Virus record (IMG/VR): IMGVR_UViG_3300042907_001518
Span: 36,502-100,501 of that record
Reading direction: 5' to 3' (one strand)
DNA length: 64,000 nucleotides
Source: a virus
The translations under genes were made by a program, and so were the position numbers. Below the pieces are notes generated by a model. The model was not told the origin of the DNA. It worked only from the letters and a program-made list of their open reading frames with translations, and did no database searches. How positions within the stretch are numbered: position 1 is the stretch's first letter; every line of letters starts with the position of its first letter. Positions 51,711 through 61,520 of the stretch are shown here, one piece after another.

Positions 51711-51783
51711 GGCGGCTTAGACCAATGGCAGAGTCACAAAACTTAAAATTTTGCAAGTGTGGGTTCGAGTCCCACAGCCGCTA
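51711..51783 (+). tRNA. tRNA-Leu(TAA) with short variable loop
   Basis: GGCGGCT/AGCCGCT acceptor; CAAAA-CTTAAAA-TTTTG anticodon arm; A discriminator. Confidence 0.85.
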
Positions 51784-52405
51784 TTTATTTTTTCCTCAAA
51801 GAGTTTGAAATGAACAAACAGTCTAATCCGATTGAATTTTTAATTGAATTTGCTTGGGCAAATGGGGCTGATCGCTTTGTAATAAATAACGCTAAAGATG
51901 AATTATTGAAATTACGTCAAGAAGTAGACAACTATAAGATAGTGGGTTGGACAAGAATAAATAGCAGGGGCGATTTGTACGATCCAAGGTTCTGCTACAA
52001 TCCCTTTACTCAAGAAGAATCAATTCCCCTGTATAAAAACCAAAAAGAATTTGAGGCACGGTGTGGTAGGAATACCTAATAGATTTTATCGTGGAGTTGT
52101 TCATAGTCCCAAAGATAAAAAACATCCTAATTTTCGTTATATTTTAGTAGATACTGTCTATGAAAAACAGGATGAAAATGGTGATTGGTATTCGGAGTCT
52201 TTTGAATTCCACGAGGACTATCTACTACATAATCGTGATAACAGCGAAATATTCTATGGAGTATATGGTTCCTACTGGATTGATATTCCAAAGAGTGGAA
52301 TAAAAATTACAGAAACAAATAGTTTGCAACAAGCCATAACTATTGCAGAGGAAATAATGGGTACTAAAATTATAGACACTGAACTTCCTATTTCTTTTAA
52401 AAAAA

Positions 52406-52939
52406 ATGCTTAATACCGATTATGAAATTGATTATAGTGATTGGTTTGATGAAGGTGGATATTGTCAAGTATATCCTATAAAGGGAAAATCAAACTGGAT
52501 ATTCAAAGAATTTTATACTAAGAAGAAAGCCACAGACTCATATAAATATCATAAACAATTAGCCAAATTCGATTTAGCCCCTAAAATCTACAGCAGTATT
52601 TGTCGATTAAAATTTGCTGACGATGGAGATATTTGTTTTGACGATCCTAGTGATTGGGGCTATATTACAGAATATGCTAAAACTCACGAAGCCAATACTA
52701 TTATAACGATGAAAGATATACAAAATCTGGTTGATGAAATTTATCAAAAAACTGGACTAAAATTTTGGGATTGTCATTGGTATAATGTGGGTGTTGTAAA
52801 AAGAAAAAATAAAAAGAAAGTTGTTTGTATTGATACCGGCAAAGAAAGTTTTGACGGTGATTCTAATGCTTGGGGATTTGCTGATCCCGGCCCAAAATGT
52901 AGTTATTGTTTAAGATACAACTGTAAGTGTGAGGATTAA
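52406..52939 (+). CDS. Minimal protein-kinase-like protein
   Basis: EGGYCQVY Gly-loop, IFKEF, LAPKIY, DCHWYN, VCIDTG. Confidence 0.65.
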   Translation: MLNTDYEIDYSDWFDEGGYCQVYPIKGKSNWIFKEFYTKKKATDSYKYHKQLAKFDLAPKIYSSICRLKFADDGDICFDDPSDWGYITEYAKTHEANTIITMKDIQNLVDEIYQKTGLKFWDCHWYNVGVVKRKNKKKVVCIDTGKESFDGDSNAWGFADPGPKCSYCLRYNCKCED

Positions 52940-53891
52940 ATGCCATACATTAAAGAAGAAGATAGAGAAGAACTAGACGCTGCTATAGACCAAATGATCA
53001 AATCTATTAGAGATATTCATCATTCATTGAATAATCCCCACGATTTTAGTATTTATTTGGGTAGAATAAATTATTCTTTTTCTCGCATATTAGGCGGTCT
53101 AATAAACGAGCCATCCTATAATAAGATTGCTATGGTTACTGGTGTATTAGAAAATATAAAGCAAGAATTTTATCGTCGCATAGCATCACAATATGAAGAT
53201 AAGAAAATTCTTGAAAATGGAGATATCATAGAATATAAAACAATCAAGTAGGAGATTGATATGTCACGCGATTTTGATGATATTGCAAAAAATATAGTGA
53301 AACAAAACAAAGAAATTCATAATATAGAAAATAATATCTCAAAAGACATAGATAATCTTCACAAAAGCATTAAAAAAATTGAAACGAAAATTAATGCTAT
53401 GGACGAAACTTTGATAAAGTTATTTGAGATTATGAATAATATTACTATCTTTTTAGAGGACGCTGAAGAATCAGAGCCAGAATTGGATGATGAGGAAGAT
53501 TGGACTCCATATGATGAGCGTAATTTTTCTTATGAGGATGATAGCGATGAGGATTACGAAGATTATGAGAATAACTAATGGCTAGTCTAGCACTAATTGT
53601 TGGAATAATATTTTTAATTGTTGTTTTGAGCGGGCCTATACTCTATATTATAGCCAAAATAAATATTCTACCATATTTTATTATTGATATATTAGCAGTA
53701 ATTGTAATAGGCTTGGGTTTATGGTGGGCATTTATTATTCCCACATTTATTAGATTTTTGGGTTTGCTTACAGCATTGTTAGGATGGAAAGCGATGATGC
53801 TCTCAAGAAAGGATGCTTGACAAGCCGATACAGTATGGTATGATGCTGAGACAGGAACGACGGTAACACACAGGAAACATTGGAGTTAATT

Positions 53892-56567
53892 ATGAAGTTG
53901 GCAGATCGCACAGTCGAAGTTCATAGTGCTGGTATTAGTAGTGCTAATCAGTTCACTATTGCTCAGACTAGTAAAATGTTTAAGATTTTGTCGGACTCTC
54001 TTTATTCCGACAAGGTAATGGCAGCGATTCGTGAACTGTCTACCAATGCGTATGATAGTCACATCTCTGCTGGCAATAAGAATCCTTTTAAGGTGACTTT
54101 GCCTACTGCTGCCAATCCCACCTTTATGGTTAGGGATTATGGCACTGGTCTTAGTCAGCATAATATGGAGGACTTGTACACAACCTATGGAGCATCCAAC
54201 AAGAATGATAGCAACGATTTTGTTGGTTGTCTTGGTCTAGGTTCAAAGAGTCCGTTCGCCTATACTAAGAGTTTTACCACAGCATCTTATTATAATGGTA
54301 AGAAACACACCTACATTGCAGCAATTGATGAGAGCGGTGTTCCTACTCTGAATCTTTTTAATACTTCAGATACGTCTGAGCCTAATGGTCTTGAGATTAG
54401 TTTTGCTGTTAAGCAGCACGACTTCCAAGAGTTTAGCGATAAGGCTAAGAGAATCTTCCATTACTTTCGTATGAAGCCCATCATCGAAGGTGGCATCGGG
54501 AGCGGCCTAAAGGATCATAAATATAGTAATACCAACATTATTATTAGTGGTCAGGGCTGGAGGGTATGCAGACTCAATACAGATAACCAGTATTATCCTA
54601 ATAATTATCACAGAATCGATAGTGGTATTGTGGCTATCATGGGTAATATCGCATACCCTGTTCAAGCCGCCCAGATTGTTGGTCAAGAAAAAGAAGAGAC
54701 TCCCGACCATATTCAGAAATGGAATAGGGCTTTCCAAAAAGCCGATATTGATTCTTGGAAGAGTTTCGTTAGCGAAATCATTAACTCCGGTCTTTATCTG
54801 GAGCTTGATTTTGGTATCGGTGAACTTGAAATGGATGTTTCCAGAGAAGGTTTGCAGTATACCAAGGACGTTATTAAGTCTCTGCGTAAAAAGACCCAAG
54901 AAATTTATATGGAGATGAAGGAAGAATTCTCCAAGAAAATTCAAGCATCTAAGAATAAAGTAGAAGCAATTACTTCATATTATACTATGAACGAACTTGC
55001 TGGTGGCTGGGGAGTTGGTGCGTCTTGGACTGATGCAAAAGGCAAGGATCATCCTATTAACTCTGGCAATGACTTGGAATATAAAATTCCGGCTGGCAAG
55101 AGTCTGTACGTTTTTAATTATAAAACCGCAGGGTATCGTTCTCGTCGCATGGTTGCTCTGACAGATAAGATTCATCATGAGACTCTTACTGGTAAAGGTT
55201 CCTATTATTGGAATAATGCCAAAAAGAGAGGACAGATGACATTCTTTGTGTGCGATGTAAAGGGAGAAGAAAGTGCCAAGAAAATTGTCACAAAGTATTG
55301 CAATACCAACGATTGCTTTGCTTATCTCTTGATTGATACTAAGGATTATACTCAAAGTGGTGAAGGTTTTGATAAACTAATCGAAGATATTGGGGCTGAA
55401 AATCTACTGAAGGTTTCAGACTACAAACATCTAACCCAAAGTTCTGGCCCAAGAAAGACTTCTGCTAGAAACTCTAATGGTAGTGTCAGCGACCAAGATG
55501 TGTTTTATATTCATGGATCGACTAAGGATAGTGGTAGTATTAGTAATCCATATAATGATGCTGTTCATCTCAAAACTTTGACACAAGATCAACTGGATGG
55601 TTTTCTTAACGAAGACGAAATAGTCTATGTGCCAATGCTAAGGTATGCTTCTGTTATTGATGATAATGAATATCCATCTATCGAGAATATCTCCTCGTTG
55701 ATCAAGGACGAGCATCTGAAACTAATAGTCAAAGATCTTTTGGGATCCAGTAAGATCTATGCTATTAAAACAGCGTTCGTATCTAAACTTCAAAAGGACG
55801 GATATCCTCTTGTAGACTTTAATACTTTCTTGAAGCGTCAATTAAAGAATGTTGCTAAGAATAAGTTTGAGAATGTCTCTTCTTATAATGCTCTAGTTGA
55901 GTATTCTAAGAAAGACTTCAATAAAGAGGAAGATAATAGAAACGAATACCGTTACTATAATCATGCTACCACAGATAGGCAGTTTTTGTACCACATGCTT
56001 AATATCTTTGGATTAAAGTATGCGGATTTTATCAAGAACGATATTCTGGTGCAAGCACTCGATGATATTATGGTTCTTGAATTTTTTAGCGACACTGTGC
56101 ATAGGGCGGGTTTTGATATCTCTAAGTTTAATCAGTCTGATTATTTTGATCATGTAACTAAACTTCTTGCTAAGATAGGAATTAAGAATATCGACAGCAA
56201 GGATATTCGTAACACGAACGTAGCCTATAACCAATTAGTTTATATGCTAGAAAAGAAGTTGTATATCCAAGGGAATTCCCATGAGTATACAAATTTGATT
56301 AAAACCAAGGTATCAGAAAAGTACCAACTTCCCAAAATTGATACTATTAGAGAAAATATTAAAGCAGAGACAGATAAGAATCCGATGCTAAAATATATTC
56401 TTGGAGTCAGTCAAAATAATGGTAATCTTCGTGAACTAAAAGCACAGAATCCCATTAGCCAGATTGACAACAATAATCACTATAATAGAAGCAAGTCTTG
56501 GTATAATCAAATGAGTGCAGATAATGTCGATCTGTTTAAGATTCAGTTGAGTAGTCTGATAAAGTAG
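53892..56567 (+). CDS. rIIA: rIIA-like protein (GHKL ATPase N-terminus)
   Basis: LSDSLYSDKVMAAIRELSTNAYD, RDYGTGL, GCLGLGSKSPFAY, SREGL; followed by rIIB. Confidence 0.85.
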   Translation: MKLADRTVEVHSAGISSANQFTIAQTSKMFKILSDSLYSDKVMAAIRELSTNAYDSHISAGNKNPFKVTLPTAANPTFMVRDYGTGLSQHNMEDLYTTYGASNKNDSNDFVGCLGLGSKSPFAYTKSFTTASYYNGKKHTYIAAIDESGVPTLNLFNTSDTSEPNGLEISFAVKQHDFQEFSDKAKRIFHYFRMKPIIEGGIGSGLKDHKYSNTNIIISGQGWRVCRLNTDNQYYPNNYHRIDSGIVAIMGNIAYPVQAAQIVGQEKEETPDHIQKWNRAFQKADIDSWKSFVSEIINSGLYLELDFGIGELEMDVSREGLQYTKDVIKSLRKKTQEIYMEMKEEFSKKIQASKNKVEAITSYYTMNELAGGWGVGASWTDAKGKDHPINSGNDLEYKIPAGKSLYVFNYKTAGYRSRRMVALTDKIHHETLTGKGSYYWNNAKKRGQMTFFVCDVKGEESAKKIVTKYCNTNDCFAYLLIDTKDYTQSGEGFDKLIEDIGAENLLKVSDYKHLTQSSGPRKTSARNSNGSVSDQDVFYIHGSTKDSGSISNPYNDAVHLKTLTQDQLDGFLNEDEIVYVPMLRYASVIDDNEYPSIENISSLIKDEHLKLIVKDLLGSSKIYAIKTAFVSKLQKDGYPLVDFNTFLKRQLKNVAKNKFENVSSYNALVEYSKKDFNKEEDNRNEYRYYNHATTDRQFLYHMLNIFGLKYADFIKNDILVQALDDIMVLEFFSDTVHRAGFDISKFNQSDYFDHVTKLLAKIGIKNIDSKDIRNTNVAYNQLVYMLEKKLYIQGNSHEYTNLIKTKVSEKYQLPKIDTIRENIKAETDKNPMLKYILGVSQNNGNLRELKAQNPISQIDNNNHYNRSKSWYNQMSADNVDLFKIQLSSLIK

Positions 56568-56663
56568 TCAGGAATCTCTCAAGACCCCTTGACAACTTTG
56601 CCGATTAGTGTAAAATGATGGTATCACAGGTTTCGTAACTATAAAGTATTAGGAGTTTGGATT

Positions 56664-57527
56664 ATGGCTGTTCCATTTATGTTTGTGGATGGTAATTTGA
56701 CGCTGGTTCTTAATAATCAGAGTTATCAGGTGTTGCCAGATCATATTAACTATAAGTTAATTCTGGCAAATCTTCCTACTGCTACGGCAGAGGAACTGTT
56801 GGAAATCGTTGATGTTCAAAAGGCTGTTGCTTCTTTTAGCGATGGTCTTGTTGAGATCAAGAACGGACAGGTTCTTTATGAGGGAGAGGAGGTTCATGGT
56901 AGTATCAGTAAGCGTATTCTGGAGTTTATGAGCAAGGGTCTACCTTTTCAGCCCCTAGTTAATTTCCTGAATAATCTTATGGATAATCCTAGTATGCAAA
57001 GTCAAAAGGAACTCTATGATTTCCTTGAGCATGAGCATCTGCCTATTACTGAGGATGGTCATTTCCTTGCTTATAAGGCAGTCAGGAGCGATTTTAAGGA
57101 TAAGTATCGTGGAGTATTTGATAACGGCGTTGGTCAGATTGTTAAGATGCAACGTGCCAAGGTTGATGATGATCGTGCCAGAGGTTGCTCTGACGGACTT
57201 CATGCTGGTGCATTGAATTATGTTGCTGGTTATGGTTCTTTAGAATCTGGTGATCGTATCGTGATTGTCAAGATTAATCCTCGTGATGTTGTTAGTGTTC
57301 CAAGCGATTGTAATTGTGAGAAACTTCGCACTTGCCAATATGAAGTTGTTGGAGAGTATCAAGGCGAACTTCTCAAGCCTCTTTATGCGGCAACCTTTAG
57401 CGAGGATGACTATGCTGATGAAGAAGATGAGCATAAAAATGATTATAATTGGGCTTGGAATGACGACGAAGAAGATCTAGATGAAGGTTATTATGCTGAT
57501 GAGGAAGATTACGACGATCAGTATTGA
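56664..57527 (+). CDS. rIIB: rIIB-like protein
   Basis: ELYDFL, ITEDGHFLAYKAV, CSDGLH, VKINPRDVVSVP, KLRTCQYEVV. Confidence 0.85.
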   Translation: MAVPFMFVDGNLTLVLNNQSYQVLPDHINYKLILANLPTATAEELLEIVDVQKAVASFSDGLVEIKNGQVLYEGEEVHGSISKRILEFMSKGLPFQPLVNFLNNLMDNPSMQSQKELYDFLEHEHLPITEDGHFLAYKAVRSDFKDKYRGVFDNGVGQIVKMQRAKVDDDRARGCSDGLHAGALNYVAGYGSLESGDRIVIVKINPRDVVSVPSDCNCEKLRTCQYEVVGEYQGELLKPLYAATFSEDDYADEEDEHKNDYNWAWNDDEEDLDEGYYADEEDYDDQY

Positions 57528-57537
57528 TAGTAAAAAG

Positions 57538-57624
57538 AAAGTGGAGTCTGGCGACTAAAATAATAGCCTCTGGTTGGGAAACTCGACAAACGCTATGTGA
57601 GAAGGTTCGATTCCTTCCCACCTT
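57538..57624 (+). ncRNA. tRNA-like element
   Basis: AAAGTGG/CCACCTT stem; AGTC-TGGC-GACT hairpin; ATAGC..GCTAT arm; T arm GAAGG-TTCGATT-CCTTC. Confidence 0.4.
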
Positions 57625-58424
57625 TTTAAAGGATAAATAATGCACGAAGATTATGAAGATGAAGGCTATGACGATGATGAGTATGATTATGATCATCCAT
57701 CACTAAGTCCTTATTATTTTAAATTTGATGTGTCTGCTGATAGTCCGTTATCAAAATGGTTAACTGATATGTTTATAGACTGGACACCATCTATTCCGTT
57801 AAATATAAGTGGCTTTCCTGTGTTTAGTGTTCCTGTGAATAGTTGGAATCCCAATGCTGGTAAGGGTAAAACCTTCCAGTATTTGGGATCCAATTATAGT
57901 GGTGAACCAATATGGAAAAGTAAATATTTTATCCATGATAAACTACAATCAGAGTATATTCATCATTTAAGTAGTCATGCTATATATTTTATAAAACAAC
58001 CATCGTATTATAAATCTTTATATGAAATTCTGAACTAGAAAAACATTAATGAATAATCCATGGTATGAAATAAATAATATTGAAGAATTTGTTAATGCCT
58101 CTAGAGCATTAATCTTTAATAGTTTTGGTAAAAATCTAGATGGTTCTGATCAAGATTCTCTTGATAGTCTAATAGACTTCTCTCAACCAGCAGACAAAGA
58201 AGAATTAGATAAATCACTGTCATACGATGAATCTGCCACTATAGCAAAAGCAGTTTTTACTCTTGATCAAGATAAATACTTTGGAAGTGATAAAGATTTT
58301 ATGAAATTTTTAGAACTTCTAAACGACAGACTAGTTAGTAATATTCTAAATAACTTGGCAAACATGGGTCTAGTAGAATCAGCATATGACAGTGATTCAA
58401 ATGACTTTATTTTTTGGATAAAAG

Positions 58425-58820
58425 ATGAACACAAAGAAGATATCAAAAAATTTATTGAAAATCCAGAAACCGATTGAGTACGATATTCATCTTAAATATA
58501 GATGTAAAAAATGTGCTCAAGATCATTGGTTATCCTTAAATGAGGCGTCTACTAAGAATTTTAAAGTAGTCTGCTACTGTGGTAAAGTATTTGGTGTTAG
58601 GCTAGTAAAAGGCTTTAAACTAAAATACGAGCCACACATAAATAAAAAGATCACTAAGATTCCAGTTGATCTACTAGACAAGTCTGTTAAATTACTGGTT
58701 GGTTACGGATTTACCAACACAGAAGCAAATGATTTAATACAGACTTCTTATATGAAAAATCCTAATGATGATTTTGCGTCTTTGGTTAAACAAACTTTGG
58801 CATCAATGAGGAATGAATAA
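58425..58820 (+). CDS. Zinc-ribbon protein with RuvA C-terminal (domain III)-like end; start uncertain
   Basis: CKKC..CYC, then SVKLLVGYGFTNTEANDLI..FASLVKQTL; overlaps the ruvB start. Confidence 0.55.
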   Translation: MNTKKISKNLLKIQKPIEYDIHLKYRCKKCAQDHWLSLNEASTKNFKVVCYCGKVFGVRLVKGFKLKYEPHINKKITKIPVDLLDKSVKLLVGYGFTNTEANDLIQTSYMKNPNDDFASLVKQTLASMRNE

Positions 58821-59719
58821 TGGCAACTAATATTATGCGACCGACAACTTTTGAGGATGTTATAGGCCAACAAGATGTTATATCACGACTCCGTATTGTG
58901 GTGAGAGGCTGTTTAAACTCACAGGGGGTGATGCCTCATGTTTTAATAGATGGGCCACCGGGGCTTGGTAAAACAACCATAGCGGGTGCTATAGCCAGTG
59001 AGTTGAACACCAACCTATACACTGTGAACGCGGCAAACATTAGAAGTATCAAGAATATTCTACCATACCTTATGGGTATAGAAGCAAAATCTGTATTATT
59101 TATAGATGAAATCCATAGACTTCCTAAGATAGTAGAAGAATTCTTATATCCAGTAATGGAAGATTTTACTCTAAATATTACTTTAGATACTAAACCAGAA
59201 ACTATTGATCTACCAATGTTCACTATTATTGGTGCTACAACTAGTGGTGGTAGCCTAAGTCAGCCATTTTATGATCGTTTCACAATAAAAGAACATCTTT
59301 CTTTTTATACCCCGGATGAGTTAGCCAAACTAGCCGGATCGAACGCAAATAAACTCGGACTAATTATTGAGAAGTCTGACCTACTAGAAATAGCCAAAAG
59401 AAGCAAAGGCACACCAAGAATTTTAAACGCTAGATTACAGTGGTATAAAAATTATACAGCATTTTATGAGAATAAGAAGATAGATATTGATGAAATATTT
59501 AACAGTCAGGGTATTGATAGTAGAGGACTGGATACTTATGATAGATTATATTTGGATGTATTACAAAAATCTAGAGGTAATGCTTTGGGACTAAAAAGTA
59601 TATCTTCTATGACTGGTATCGCAATCGAAACCATAGAAAATAGTATAGAACCATATCTAATCAGAGAAAAATTTGTCATTAGAACACCAAAAGGTCGAGT
59701 AATAGGAAACAAAAAATGA
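58820..59719 (+). CDS. ruvB: Holliday junction branch-migration ATPase RuvB
   Basis: MRPTTFEDVIGQ, GPPGLGKTT, LFIDEIHRL, LYPVMEDF, IGATT, RSKGTPRI, IEPYLI..RTPKGR. Confidence 0.95.
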   Translation: MATNIMRPTTFEDVIGQQDVISRLRIVVRGCLNSQGVMPHVLIDGPPGLGKTTIAGAIASELNTNLYTVNAANIRSIKNILPYLMGIEAKSVLFIDEIHRLPKIVEEFLYPVMEDFTLNITLDTKPETIDLPMFTIIGATTSGGSLSQPFYDRFTIKEHLSFYTPDELAKLAGSNANKLGLIIEKSDLLEIAKRSKGTPRILNARLQWYKNYTAFYENKKIDIDEIFNSQGIDSRGLDTYDRLYLDVLQKSRGNALGLKSISSMTGIAIETIENSIEPYLIREKFVIRTPKGRVIGNKK

Positions 59720-60096
59720 AATTCATATTATCCTCTATATTTGCGTTACTACTATCATCAACTATTTTTGCTGCTGAACCACCCATTTTTGTAAATGATA
59801 TGGTCGATGCTTTAGCGTTGTCAGAAAATACTAATAAACAAATATTAGTAGTATTTACCGCGGATTGGTGCAAACAATGTCAAATTATGAAAAAAGATAT
59901 CGCAGATAATCCAGATACGGTTTCTGATACTATTGTTTGCTATTTAAATATTGATTTCAATCAGGGTCTGGCAAAAGAATATGATATAAAATTTATTCCA
60001 GACTATTGTATTCTAAGAAAGAAAATTCAAATTAGAAGACAGGGTGGATATACTACACGAGCAAAATTCATTAAATGGTTTCAAGATGACAAATAG
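59716..60096 (+). CDS. Exported thioredoxin-like protein
   Basis: Signal peptide; FTADWCKQC. Confidence 0.75.
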   Translation: MKFILSSIFALLLSSTIFAAEPPIFVNDMVDALALSENTNKQILVVFTADWCKQCQIMKKDIADNPDTVSDTIVCYLNIDFNQGLAKEYDIKFIPDYCILRKKIQIRRQGGYTTRAKFIKWFQDDK

Positions 60097-60382
60097 TATA
60101 ATTATTATCCTGATACTTTTAATTCTAAATTTTTTCTCTTTTATTCTAGGTTTGCTTTGTGGTAGAATTTTTATGTCTTCAAAAGCCACTCATGATACAG
60201 AATCTTTTTTTAAGCAACAAAACAAGAAAGAAAAACATACTATATCTATTGATGATACAAAATATGTTGTGGATATTAATACAGATAATTTAGAGAAAAA
60301 ATACGATAAGTTGGGAGATACCAAACAATCCACAGAACAAATATCCTCATCAATAAACAAACTCAAGAATCTCAAAAAATAG
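60086..60382 (+). CDS. Single-pass membrane protein
   Basis: N-terminal hydrophobic helix; basic C-terminal helix. Confidence 0.6.
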   Translation: MTNSIIIILILLILNFFSFILGLLCGRIFMSSKATHDTESFFKQQNKKEKHTISIDDTKYVVDINTDNLEKKYDKLGDTKQSTEQISSSINKLKNLKK

Positions 60383-60433
60383 GCTATTTATGGTGTAATT
60401 ATAGTTATACCAATATTTAGAAAGGCCGAAATT

Positions 60434-61438
60434 ATGTCAAAAGGTTTAGATGTCGGAACAAGTTTTATAGTATTGTCAACAGATAAATCCGATGGCACTG
60501 TTGAATATAAAGATTTTAGAGATGCTTTTTATATCATTAAACCAACAACTCCTGTCGCTACAAAAATGATAGAGAAAGGATTATCTGGTAAAACTTTTAT
60601 TAAAGATATGGATGGTTCTTTTATTCTATTAGGTAAAGACGCTATTGAAAAAGCCATAGAAAGAAACGATACGGCTAAACGTCCCATGTACAGAGGCGTA
60701 GTATCTGCTAAAGAAAAAGACGCTAAAAGAATTCTAGCCTTTATTCTTAAAGAAGTTGCTGGTCAAGCGTCAGAGGCAAATGAAAAATTAGTATTTTGCG
60801 TTCCAGCACAACCAGTAGATCAAGATGATGATGATTTCGATGTTGGATATCATGAAGATATCGTAAAAACAGTATTAGCAGAATGTGGTTATGATGCCAG
60901 AGCAATTAATGAAGCAGAAGCGCTATGTTATGCTGAACTTGATAATGATGATTATACCGGCATAGCAATTAGTTGTGGTGCTGGTATGACAAATGTTTGT
61001 GTGATGTTAAATGGAGAACCAACAGTAGTCTTTAGCACCACCAAGTCAGGCGATTGGGTTGATCGTATGAGTGCTGTGGCGACCGGAGAAACCGATAGTG
61101 TTGTTCAAGCAGAGAAGGAGGCCGGTGGTTTTAAAGTTGGCGAACCGAACGAAAACCCAGTGCTGTCTGCCGTGTCAGCCTATTATGACCGTCTTATAGA
61201 CTATACTGCTAAACAACTATCTAATGCACTATCTCATCATAAATCGCTTCCAAAATTTAAAAATCCATTAACAATTGTGGTCGCTGGTGGTACTTCTCAA
61301 GCAGACGGATACATAGACCTATTTACTAAAAAATTAACAGAAAATAATTTTCCATTACAAATAAAAGAGGTTAGACACGCAACCGATCCTCTACACGCAG
61401 TTTCTAAAGGATGTCTAATAGCCTCAAAAGTTTTGTAA
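60434..61438 (+). CDS. Actin-fold ATPase (MreB/FtsA/ParM superfamily)
   Basis: Phosphate-1 GLDVGTS, connect-1 INEAEA, phosphate-2 ISCGAGMT, adenosine VVAGGTS, connect-2 AVSKGC. Confidence 0.8.
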   Translation: MSKGLDVGTSFIVLSTDKSDGTVEYKDFRDAFYIIKPTTPVATKMIEKGLSGKTFIKDMDGSFILLGKDAIEKAIERNDTAKRPMYRGVVSAKEKDAKRILAFILKEVAGQASEANEKLVFCVPAQPVDQDDDDFDVGYHEDIVKTVLAECGYDARAINEAEALCYAELDNDDYTGIAISCGAGMTNVCVMLNGEPTVVFSTTKSGDWVDRMSAVATGETDSVVQAEKEAGGFKVGEPNENPVLSAVSAYYDRLIDYTAKQLSNALSHHKSLPKFKNPLTIVVAGGTSQADGYIDLFTKKLTENNFPLQIKEVRHATDPLHAVSKGCLIASKVL

Positions 61439-61520
61439 TACTAAATTAATAGACTGATAAAATTGTTGGACTAATCAATTAGTGTATAAGTAATATACAA
61501 CTATTCGTATTGGAGAGGCT

